Below, piece by piece: positions 24,002 to 34,401 of a stretch of 64,000 bases of DNA. Positions within the stretch are counted from its first letter, which is position 1, and each line of letters starts with the position of its first letter. Source of the DNA: Psilocybe cubensis (Eukaryota); NCBI GenBank assembly GCA_017499595.2, contig CM039005.1, forward strand, positions 1,550,001 through 1,614,000, in the 5' to 3' direction. A model generated the notes under the pieces. That model was not told the DNA's origin and searched no databases. It saw nothing but the letters and a program-made list of their open reading frames with translations. The position numbers and the translations under genes were made by a program.

Positions 24002-24702
24002 GTTTGAGATCCTCGTTCCTCAGAATATGATCTCCTTTCAGGAGCTGACACTACGTCGATGAGAAGTGTGTCACTGGGCTTTCTCGTAAACTCCGTATTT
24101 CTGTGATTTGTAGGCCAATCCATTCTGATTAGTATCCTCCATTACGACCGTATTCATCATATTTCTTTCCTGAACAGGACCGAGACTACCCCTTTAATTT
24201 GGGATCATCTATCTTAAAATATTTTGTCTCCCGAGTCAACAAAGCATTGGGCTTGAAGCTTGACGGGCGGTCTCACTGATATCGTTGATCCGAAATCATC
24301 TCGAAGTATCCCAAGATTCCCAACTCTCCTTTTCATAGCCACGACTGTCAGTGTCAAAACTGTTCATTATCGAGGGAACACAAATTACCAGCATGGTACA
24401 AGGCCTAAATATTACATCCGTTGCTGAGTAGAACAAATTTTACGGTGCGTATATACCTCATCTGTTGTAAACCTACTTGGAGATGTTTACGCGTGTTTTA
24501 GGAATGGGCAAAAATCTGTGCTATTTTTCGTTCTGCAATATATCCTGCCTATATTACCAGAAGGACTATGTGGCTACTGTTACGCAAGGGGATAGTTGTT
24601 TAGACATGCACATGTGCGTTTACTTCTATAATTATCTCAACGCTCACGGATGCATTCCCGTCTGTTTATCTGGATGTCCACCAGAACTTAATCATGAACG
24701 AG

Positions 24703-25001
24703 TGGAAGGCTGTCGGGATCGGCAGCCTCACTCGCTGAAACAGAAGGGACAACGCTCTCTTCGTTGCGTAGCGTTCTAGTCAATACATGATGTGTAGTAA
24801 ATTACTATAATATATTTACCTTCGTTGCGTAGCGTTCTAGTCAAGCAACGAAGGTCATTTGTTTCCCTTTTGTCTTTCGGTCTCAATATCTTTGTAAGTT
24901 GATTAGCGAGACCCAATCTGGGCTCGCGTTTGTGCGCCGTTTTGTTGTGCGCGTCCGCCTGCGGTGCGTGTTTGCGTGTGTGGTAAGTCTCCAGGCTTAC
25001 A
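24703..25001 (-). repeat. 3' LTR (299 bp)
   Basis: Direct repeat of 30046-30344, preceded by the PPT in element orientation. Confidence 0.97.
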
Positions 25002-25053
25002 CCCCTCCCCCCTCTGAAGAATTCCATCGTGAAAGGGTCTGTTCTCTATGGCG

Positions 25054-28000
25054 TTATTCGTCTTCTTTGTCCTCGGCCTCTTCCTCTTCCCATCTATCCA
25101 GTGCTTCATTCTCTTCAAGCATACGCCCTGGAAGCCACTCATCATGCTCCTTCCCAAATCCAGCCCATCGTACCAGATATTGCATCCCTCTACCACGTTT
25201 TCTCGCATCCACAATTTTCTCTATCACTGTCTCTTCCACCCCGTCCTCGGTTATCACTGTTGGTGGTCGTACCAATTCTCTGTCCGGAAATTTCTCTGGA
25301 TCATTCGGCACGAATGGTTTTAAAAGGCTGGCATGGAACCCCGGGAACGTCTTTGGGTTGTTTGGTAACCTCAGTGTATATTCTGATCGTTCGGGGAAGG
25401 CAGCCTCTACAACGTACGGTCCATCAAACCGTGGCATGAACTTTGCCACCCTTTTCTTCCCCTTCCGTTTGTAGTTGCGTCGCCGGTTCTTTGTAGAGAG
25501 CATTACCATATCGCCTGGTTGGTACACGATCTCGTTACCTCGCTGCTCATTTGCCTGAGCTGCTTGTCGGATCTTGGCTGTATGTAAGGCATCCTGCGCT
25601 TCCTTCACATCGATCTCAATTTTCCGAATGATCTCTCTTGCTGATGTTTCCACCATTGGTGCATCCTTGTTTGCCTTTGCCATTGTAGGAATAATCCGTG
25701 GAGATCGACCTGTCTTCAGTTGGAAACCCGAGTATCCTGTCGATGCATTTACTGTGTTCATCATTGCGAACCGAATGCGAGGGAGCTTGTCTAACCAGCC
25801 TTTTTGGTTTCTATCCACATAGTATCGTATTGCTTGATTGACGGTTTTATTTGTTCTCTCGCTCGCTCCATCGGTTTCTGGATGATAGGCGGTCGACATC
25901 TTGATCTTTACATTCAAAATCTTGCATATTGCAGTCCATAGATCTGATGTAAAGATTGTGTCGCGATCACAGATTAATTCTTCCATCAATCCATTTTCGC
26001 AAATCCAGTGGTCAACAACTTTGTGCGCAATTTGTTCTGTGGTCCATGAGGAGTGAGTTGCAATCAGTTGTATATCAGTACCTAAACGGCAAGTCATCGT
26101 GAGTATTGTGTCGCGTTCCTTCTCCTCGGGCAATGGTCCAATAAAGTCCAATGCAACTGACGTGAGTCGTTTGTCTGGGACAGGAAGTGGGTGAAGTGGT
26201 CCTGTAGGTTTGGTTGTTCGGTCTTTGTTTCGCTGACATTCCGTGCACGAAGGAATATATGCCTTTTCGAGATCTCTTCGCATGTTAGGCCAGTAGTACG
26301 ACCCGTGTAATGCTTCATACGATTTGTCAAATCCAAAATGACCCAAAACATCGTGAGCCAGATAATACAGTCGTTCTCGGATCTTCCTATCGTTTGGGAT
26401 TACTAGTCTTTGTCCAAGATAAATCAGCCCTTCTTCTTCTCGTGCTCCTGTTAGACTGTGCTTTTGCATTCCATCTCGAAATTGCTTAACAAACGGATCG
26501 GCATCATACCCATCCTTTATTGCCTGTACAAACTCCTGGTCAATTTCAATAGATAACACTGATCCCACAAATCCTCTTGGGGCGCGATTAGGGTTCCGTG
26601 TATAGGCCAATGCACAGGCTGCAAATCTTGAATTTGGCTCTTCGTCCGGCATCCTTGATAGGGCATCTGCTGCTACATTTTCCTCCCCTCGGATGTAACA
26701 TATCTCGAAATCGAAATCTGCCATGTACATCGACCATCTCATCTGCCGACGTGACATCTCTTTCTGCGCCTGAAAATATTCCAATGTTCGGTGGTCAGTG
26801 TAGACTTCAAATTTGACCCCTAAAAGACTGCTGCGCCACTTTTTCAATGCTTTCACAATTGCCAGGAGTTCTTTTTCGTGTGTTGGATAGTTCTTTTCTG
26901 CGTCTTTCAGCTGATATGAATCGTATGCAACTGGTCTTGCTGATTCCCAATCTTTTCCAAAACTCAAGACTGCACCTGTTCGCCTATCGCTTGCATCTGT
27001 TGTCACGTAGATCTTCCCTTCAGGGTCATCGTAATCAATGACAGTGAGGCATTCCGCCCCTGTAACCAGTTCCTTGATTGCGTTAAAGGCTCGATCATGA
27101 TCGGCGGTCCATTTGGGGAAGTCGCGATCGCATTCTTTGCTTGTCAGTGGTGATAAGATGCTAGTATGTTCCGCGAGCGCAGGGAGAAAGACAGCCAGAT
27201 ATCTTGTGAGTCCTAGAAATCCACGTACATTTGTTGCGTTTGTTGGTCGTGGCCATTTCTTGATTCGGTCTGTCTTTGCAGGGTCTGCGTGAATGCCGTT
27301 TGCGGAAATAACATGTCCCAGAAAGATAATTTCAGTTGCAAAAAGGACTGATTTCTTCGCATTACAATAAAGTCCCGCTTTCCGAAGCGCTTTCAAGACC
27401 TTTTCTACTCGTTCTGATAGTTGTTCCAAGGTGTCTGCCCAGATCACAATATCGTCTAGATAGACGTGACATACTTGTGCAATGAGTTCCCGTAATGCAT
27501 CTGTCATTCGCCGTTGATGTGTAGCTGGCGCATTCTTCCCGCCCATTGGCATCACAACCCATTCGTATAGGCCCCATGGTGTACGCACAGCTGTCAAGTG
27601 AATGTCGTCTGGGTGTACTCGTGTTTGGAAGAAACTGTTGGTCATGTCTAATTTTGCAAAGAATTTGCCTTTTCCACAGTCTGCAAGAATGTCATCTACT
27701 CGTGGAAGTGGAAATTTGTCAGATATAGTGTTCTTATTGATCTCCCGATAATCGTTTACCCATCGTGGTGGTACTGACAGGTCAGGTACTCCGTTTTTAT
27801 ACTTTGGAATGCAGAATGCTGGCGATGCATATTCAGATGAGGATGGTCGGATACGTCCCGCGGCCAGATGCTCGTCAAGAAGCTTCTTCCATGCATCGTG
27901 ATATTTCTTTGGAGCAGCGTATCCTCGACCCGCATGTATCTTGTCTTTGTCCACCAATCGTATCCGGTGATATATGTGATCAGGAATATCTACGTTGTCT

Positions 28001-29682
28001 GGTAGGCGGTCAGGAAAGCGATCTCGATATTTCTCTTTCATTTCTTTGTCCATGCGCAATAGCTTCTGCTGAAATTGAATGTTGCTGATTTGCTCATTAA
28101 TCGCTGCTACCAACTGTTTTGCACGCTCTGGTTCGACCTGTGATCGCAGATGTTGTTCCTTTGCCATGGCCGATCTTCTCTGTTTGTCCTGATCTATCCC
28201 TGCGTCCGTCTTTAATCCCTCACAGATAGCAGTGCTCTTTGCAGCAAGAGTATCTCTTGTTGGTGGATTCATTAAATCATATCCAGAACGCTTATCAATA
28301 GCCGTTCGTTTCCGAGTATCAATGACTATATTTTCTGGGGAAAGAAATGACAATCCAAGTAGCAGCGGTATAGATAGGTTTTGATGAATCTTTGCTTTAT
28401 GTGTCCGTGATATCCAGCTCCCGTTTCCTGATGCAACCCGAATCTTAACATACTCCCTGCATTCTAGCGGTGTATTGTCAATCGATGACAAATTGTCCTC
28501 GGCGGGTGGTAGTGGATATCGGGGGAGGCCGAGCTGGGTGACGAGTGTCTCGTCAATCACTGTGGAAGGAGATCCCGTATCAAGCATTGGTCGAATGCGA
28601 AGAGGAAAATCCACAACCGCTGGCCCCTCAATCTCCATAACTGGAAAGAGGTGCGGAACGGTCATAGACATGGTAGGGACGTACGAATCAGAATCTGTCT
28701 CCTCGTCATGCACGGTATATGAGGAGGAAGCATTGATTTGCCCCACGGGCAAGGACTTCCTAGTGCCCTGCTCTTTGGCATCCTTCTCACGTTGTGCCTT
28801 TAATGCCATCTCTTCTGTAAGGGTCTTGTATCCGTTTGCTGTTGGCCATCCATTTGGGCAGTTCCTTGCGCGGTGGTTGACGTAAAATCGACGGCATTTG
28901 GTACAGCCATTGTGATTGTCGAGTAATGTACGTTCTTCTGCTGTGATTTTAGGTAACAGTGGCCTTCGCACCCCATTATCGAACTCGCTGTTTGATGGTC
29001 GAGGGTTGGGATTTGGACTATCCGAGAGACGCAATAACAAGGATTTCTTGTCAAGCCTGCGTGCAGCCACTCGTGTTGCGTAGCTCGCATCGATTTGACG
29101 TTGGGTGCGTGCACGTTCCTCACGAAGGCGGTCGTCACGGTCCTTTACTTCCAGTGACCAGGCGGCTAATTCGGTGGCCTTGACTGGCTCGAATCCGAGC
29201 GACTCACGAAGCTCCTGGTTCAAGTGTGACTCGAGCTGTATCTTCAATGCTTCATTGGGGAAGGCGTACCCCTCTGGTGCCATCGTCTTCAAGATCGCAT
29301 TCAAATTCTCCATTTCGATCTTCCAGTCGATGAAAATACGGTCGCCCTGATAGGACGTTAGGATCTGTTCACGGACTTTGTGAGCCCACTTCTTCTCCAA
29401 CACGAGCACTTGAAGCTCCTCCAGATATTTCTCCAGCGGCAGTTCATCAATCCGTGTGGAATCTGCTTGATACCAAGCCACCAGTCTTGGTTCTTGCATT
29501 CCATCGGCCACAAACTTCACAACTTCTTTTGGCGACTTCGCTGCATGCTTCATGTATTTGCGGCAAGCAACCGCCCACTGCTGCATTACCAGAGGATCAA
29601 TCTTCCCTGGTGTGAGAATCGGTACGTCCTTCATCTTATTTTGGACAACCGTAGCGAGCGGTTTATCGTCATCGTTTGGCAT
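25054..29682 (-). CDS. Gag-Pol polyprotein in a single ORF (Gag, PR, RT, RNase H, IN, chromodomain)
   Basis: First ATG at 29682 (frame open to 29988). Zn knuckle CTKC-x6-H-x4-C, protease LDTGS, RT YLDD, RNase H TDAS, integrase HDVLGH...CTEC with DDE core and GPY motif, chromodomain IEKIVDAR...YLVRWAGFGKEHDEW. Confidence 0.97.
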   Translation of the reverse strand: MPNDDDKPLATVVQNKMKDVPILTPGKIDPLVMQQWAVACRKYMKHAAKSPKEVVKFVADGMQEPRLVAWYQADSTRIDELPLEKYLEELQVLVLEKKWAHKVREQILTSYQGDRIFIDWKIEMENLNAILKTMAPEGYAFPNEALKIQLESHLNQELRESLGFEPVKATELAAWSLEVKDRDDRLREERARTQRQIDASYATRVAARRLDKKSLLLRLSDSPNPNPRPSNSEFDNGVRRPLLPKITAEERTLLDNHNGCTKCRRFYVNHRARNCPNGWPTANGYKTLTEEMALKAQREKDAKEQGTRKSLPVGQINASSSYTVHDEETDSDSYVPTMSMTVPHLFPVMEIEGPAVVDFPLRIRPMLDTGSPSTVIDETLVTQLGLPRYPLPPAEDNLSSIDNTPLECREYVKIRVASGNGSWISRTHKAKIHQNLSIPLLLGLSFLSPENIVIDTRKRTAIDKRSGYDLMNPPTRDTLAAKSTAICEGLKTDAGIDQDKQRRSAMAKEQHLRSQVEPERAKQLVAAINEQISNIQFQQKLLRMDKEMKEKYRDRFPDRLPDNVDIPDHIYHRIRLVDKDKIHAGRGYAAPKKYHDAWKKLLDEHLAAGRIRPSSSEYASPAFCIPKYKNGVPDLSVPPRWVNDYREINKNTISDKFPLPRVDDILADCGKGKFFAKLDMTNSFFQTRVHPDDIHLTAVRTPWGLYEWVVMPMGGKNAPATHQRRMTDALRELIAQVCHVYLDDIVIWADTLEQLSERVEKVLKALRKAGLYCNAKKSVLFATEIIFLGHVISANGIHADPAKTDRIKKWPRPTNATNVRGFLGLTRYLAVFLPALAEHTSILSPLTSKECDRDFPKWTADHDRAFNAIKELVTGAECLTVIDYDDPEGKIYVTTDASDRRTGAVLSFGKDWESARPVAYDSYQLKDAEKNYPTHEKELLAIVKALKKWRSSLLGVKFEVYTDHRTLEYFQAQKEMSRRQMRWSMYMADFDFEICYIRGEENVAADALSRMPDEEPNSRFAACALAYTRNPNRAPRGFVGSVLSIEIDQEFVQAIKDGYDADPFVKQFRDGMQKHSLTGAREEEGLIYLGQRLVIPNDRKIRERLYYLAHDVLGHFGFDKSYEALHGSYYWPNMRRDLEKAYIPSCTECQRNKDRTTKPTGPLHPLPVPDKRLTSVALDFIGPLPEEKERDTILTMTCRLGTDIQLIATHSSWTTEQIAHKVVDHWICENGLMEELICDRDTIFTSDLWTAICKILNVKIKMSTAYHPETDGASERTNKTVNQAIRYYVDRNQKGWLDKLPRIRFAMMNTVNASTGYSGFQLKTGRSPRIIPTMAKANKDAPMVETSAREIIRKIEIDVKEAQDALHTAKIRQAAQANEQRGNEIVYQPGDMVMLSTKNRRRNYKRKGKKRVAKFMPRFDGPYVVEAAFPERSEYTLRLPNNPKTFPGFHASLLKPFVPNDPEKFPDRELVRPPTVITEDGVEETVIEKIVDARKRGRGMQYLVRWAGFGKEHDEWLPGRMLEENEALDRWEEEEAEDKEDE

Positions 29683-30045
29683 CTTGACTCTGACAACGGT
29701 GGGATACCTAGGGTTGCGGCGATTGCGTCGATCTCTGATCGGATTGCTGATCGCGGTGGGAGTGTGTGTGTCGGTATGGTCTTCGTCCTCTGAGTTAGAG
29801 GTCGCTGAATCTGAGAAGCTGAGATTCACTGATGAGGCAGACGGTGACGGCGGTGGACCTTGGGGTTCAGTTCGTGGTTTGCGGAAAACAGTAAGGCCTG
29901 GAACAAGCTCTGAGGGTAATCCAAGCTCTTCTCGTCGTTGGGTCGACGCTCGAGTGGTCCGCGACGATTCGGTATACAGTGTGGGCAATTTACGGTAACG
30001 GTAACAGTGTGCGGCGGTGGTACGTAGTCGGCTTCAAAAAAAAAG

Positions 30046-30344
30046 TGGAAGGCTGTCGGGATCGGCAGCCTCACTCGCTGAAACAGAAGGGACAACGCTC
30101 TCTTCGTTGCGTAGCGTTCTAGTCAATACATGATGTGTAGTAAATTACTATAATATATTTACCTTCGTTGCGTAGCGTTCTAGTCAAGCAACGAAGGTCA
30201 TTTGTTTCCCTTTTGTCTTTCGGTCTCAATATCTTTGTAAGTTGATTAGCGAGACCCAATCTGGGCTCGCGTTTGTGCGCCGTTTTGTTGTGCGCGTCCG
30301 CCTGCGGTGCGTGTTTGCGTGTGTGGTAAGTCTCCAGGCTTACA
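30046..30344 (-). repeat. 5' LTR (299 bp)
   Basis: Direct repeat of 24703-25001. Confidence 0.97.
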
Positions 30345-30996
30345 ACGAGGCTGGATTCGTGTCATCGTGTCAAGACAGCCGCATAAATTTTCAAACCGGC
30401 TCCAGCCTATCTACTCTTTGGAGCTTCATGGAGCTGGACATGTCGATAACTTCTCAGACCATGGTCTCGCATATTCTGCCATACACGCAATTCTCGACAG
30501 CTCACAGTATGCTATTCCCAGTCACATGAAGTTGAAGGTCACTTGGTTACGAGAAGCTAAATGTACAGATTAGGCTTACCGTTTTCCATGTCTAGCATCT
30601 GCCGTACAAACTCCTCCATTCAGCCAGAAATGCATTAGAGCTCAGGGTACCGTACCCGCCACCTTTGTGTGTAAAGTGACAAGGACAACTCCAATGGGTC
30701 CCAGTCACCCCAGTCACATCCAACATCGGCACACATATCTGATTCCACAGACCCGATAACAACGAATAGCCGAGTCCTATTTTAACACGATTTACGCCAA
30801 GGAAATGTCTAATAATAACACTACACCATCAGAGCATGTGCATCTGCTGTCACTGCCTAGGTCGTGGTTTAAAAGGACAGAAGCCAGGTCCTAGATCCTT
30901 CGTGAAAGCTTCTTTCCGCTCGCCACCTCTGGGCTTTACCACCCAGCTTCTTGCTCAACGTCTAGCGATTTTCCTCCGCTTCATCGAGCAATAACA

Positions 30997-33628
30997 ATGT
31001 CTGCTATTCAGCACGATGATCAAGCGGTCGTAGCATATGCTGACGATAAGAAACACGACTCCATCCATTCTTCCGAGAAACAGTCAGAGTTGGAGCATGA
31101 ACTTGATGGTATTCACGACGGTCTCGAATTCCCTACTGAGGAAGAACGAGCTACCCTACGACGTATCCCAGACAGCGTCCCCTGGAACGCCTACCGTAAA
31201 TCGATTTTTCGGTTCCTGATTTCTCTAAACACCACGCTGACTGTTACGCCTTAGTAATTGCGATCGTCGAATTCGCAGAACGTTTTTCGGTATGTTTTCA
31301 TTTTTTCTAATCTACCATTGCCAATGCTAACATTATTATTCAGTTCTATGGATCCAGTGTCGTATTTGTGAGTCTCTCTACCTACCATTCTATGATTTCA
31401 AATCCAACTAGAGCCCAAAAATCCAGACGAACTTTATCCAAAGGCCTCTCCCTCCAGGCTCACATACCGGTTCAGCGGGGTTGCATGGGCAAGCAGGTGC
31501 TCTGAACATGGGACAACGAGCTTCGACAGGTCTAACAACATTCTACCAGTTCTGGTACGTGCCAAAAATAGTTGTATCGATTATACATGTGCTCCCCAAT
31601 CAATATCAACGTCAAACTGACATGGTGTCCATGCAGGTGTTATGTCACCCCTTTGCTTGGCGCCTACATTGCTGATGCCCATTGGGGTCGATTCAAGACA
31701 ATCTGTTGGGCAGTGGTCATCGCACTTATTGGACATATCATTCTCATTGTGTCCGCTGTCCCGGGTGTCATTGAATCCAGCGGTGCGATTGGCGCTTTCT
31801 CTGTGGCACTGATCGTTATGGGACTCGGTGGGTGTTTACCATAAATTTTCGTGTATCACAGGGTACTCAATTGCTGGGAATTTTTGGCGATGTGGTACAG
31901 GCACTGGACTGTTCAAGGCAAACATCTCGCCATTGGTCGCTGAGCAATATAAGCGCACTAAGCAGTTCGTCATAACCACCAAAAGCGGAGAGCGTGTAAT
32001 AGTTGATCCATCGTTGACTACCCTGAGAGTCTACATGGTAATGCAATTCTCATACCCCAACCAATCACGGTCATTGACATCTGTTATCTTTCTCTATGCA
32101 GTATTTTTATCTTCTTATCAATATCGGTGCTTTAATTGGCCAGATCGGGATGACCTACGCTGAGAAGGTGAGTTGACGGCGCTGTTGGACTGCATGCCAG
32201 CACCTTTGATCTGTTATGGCGGTTTCTCTTTTCTCCCCGAATGAACATTGAAGTAAAGTAATTGAAGCTAATTGCATCACACAGTTCGTTGGATTCTATC
32301 TCTCGTACACACTCCCCACCGCCGTTTTCTTGCTCTGCCCACTTGTTCTGTACATTGGACGCAACAAGTATGAGAGATCGCCTCCCACGGGATCAGTCCT
32401 TGCCACCGCCATCAAGCTCTGGCGCCACGCCGCGCGGGGAAAATGGAGCCTCAACCCGGTGACAACATACAGGAACATGACGGCGCCTGGCTTCTGGGAG
32501 AACGCGAAGCCAAGCAAGATTGTTGGCGAGAAGCCAGCATGGATGAACTTTGATGATCAATGGGTCGATGAAGTCCAGAGGGGGATCAAAGCGTGCGGTG
32601 TATTTTTGTGGTACCCAATTTACTGTATGTTTCTTTTTCTGCCTCTTTTTGTTTCTCTTTCTTCCTCGTTTTTTTTTTTTTGTTTTGGCTGTGACAAATG
32701 ACTGAATGATTTTTAGGGTTGACCTATAACCAACTTAACAACAACTTGACCTCGCAGGCGGCCACCATGACTTTGAATGGAATCCCTAACGATGTGTTGT
32801 CGAACTTGGATCCCTTCGCATTAATCATTCTTATCCCTATCTGCGATATGTTTGTGAGTATTTTGTCAGCATACTTTCATGTCATTTGCAGTGGGCTAAA
32901 CAGTACATGTCCCACAGATCTATCCTGGCCTTCGCCGCATGGGACTCAACTTCAGCGCCTTGAAGAAGATCACGGCAGGATTCATGACTGGTGCCGCTGC
33001 TATGACCTGGGCTGCAGGTTAGCATTTCTGACTGAGTGGATACTCTTTCTTCGACTTACTGACCACCATTTACAGTTCTTCAACACTACATCTACAAGGT
33101 ATCTCGTACCAACTCTATATAAAATGAAAACCAACTAAAAAATTCATTTTTTTAATAGACAAACCCCTGTGGTGAACATGCTTCGAGCGACGGTTGCGGT
33201 GTCTCTCCTCTCAACGTTTGGATCCAGTCAGGCTCGTACATCCTCATTGCCATCAGCGAGATCTTTGCATCTATCACCGGGCTCGAATATGCGTTTACTA
33301 AGGCACCCAAGAACATGCGCTCACTCGTCATGTCCATCTTCCTCTTCATGACGGCGCTTTCGTCTGCCATCGGCGAGGCCTTCGTCTGTGAGTATCACTA
33401 CAGTCCTGTATAGTATTTTCAGGATCTAACCAAGTTTCTCTTTGTGTAGCGCTCTCTGCCGACCCACTCTTGGTCTGGAACTATGGTGTCATGGGGGTCC
33501 TTGCATTCTTGACTGGCATTGCGTTCTGGTATTCCGTCAGGGACCTCGATGCCAAGGAAGATGAGCTCAACAACATGGCCACTGGACATGTTGGTGCCAA
33601 TGTCACTCAGAAATCGGAAAAGGTTTAA
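30997..33628 (+). CDS. PTR2: POT/PTR family di-/tripeptide transporter
   Basis: ExxERFS (EFAERFS), GAYIADAHWGRFKTI, GTGLFKANISPLVAEQY, FYLLINIGA, GLEYAFTKAPKNMRS; stop TAA at 33626-33628. Confidence 0.95.
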
Positions 33629-34401
33629 AGGAATAGTAGGTGGAGAAGCTACAGAACCGAATCCATTTAGTCGACGTAGACCCCCAAATCCTTTGTGTAT
33701 CTTGTGATTTTTTTGATGTCATGTATAATGATTGTTTTGATTTAATGACATTTATGCTTCCAATTGACTTTGAATTGCCTGCTCCCTCAGAAACAAGGCA
33801 CTTTACGTGTCATAACGTCCAAAAGCGCAGTTAAATGACCCTTACGATTTATTGAATTTTTCTCGGGTCAAGCTTCAAGCCCTTCGCTCGCCGTGTTGTG
33901 GGTAAAAAATTAGAAAGCCGTAGGATTCCAGAGCAGAATGCCGAAGCCATACCGGCTTTCTATGAACCGGTTGTCGAATTACGGCACGGATTTGCGCTTC
34001 ACTAGCTAATCCTTTGGCAGTGCTTAGTTATAATCCATCTATTTGTCGTAACAACATACCTTTTCGGAGGCTGCTTGTCTCCGTCACCGAAGTAGTTCTA
34101 TTTATTCTATCTACAAAAAACATGTATGACCACCTACGCGTTACCTACGAAGGGGCCAAAATGCCAAACTCAGCGGCCAAGAAACGGAAAAGATATCCAG
34201 AGTCGTTGACGTATCCCCATTACACGAGATATGTCTTCACTAACTTGGTTTTATCTGCTTGATCCTCGGAGACATATCACTTGTTTTTCCAGTAAAAATT
34301 ACAACCGTCTTGATGAAGGAATGGTATATAAAGAGTGTCCAAGTTGTACTCACCGATATCCAACACCCTCATACCCTGTTCTAACTTCTACGCTCTAATC
34401 C

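Larger units (their letters stand above)
24703..30344 (-). mobile_element. Full-length Ty3/Gypsy chromovirus LTR retrotransposon
   Basis: Two 299-bp LTRs with TG...CA ends that appear identical by eye; 5-bp TSD ACGAG at 24698-24702 and 30345-30349; polypurine tract (AGAGGGGGGAGGGG on the minus strand) abutting the 3' LTR; intact polyprotein. Confidence 0.98.
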
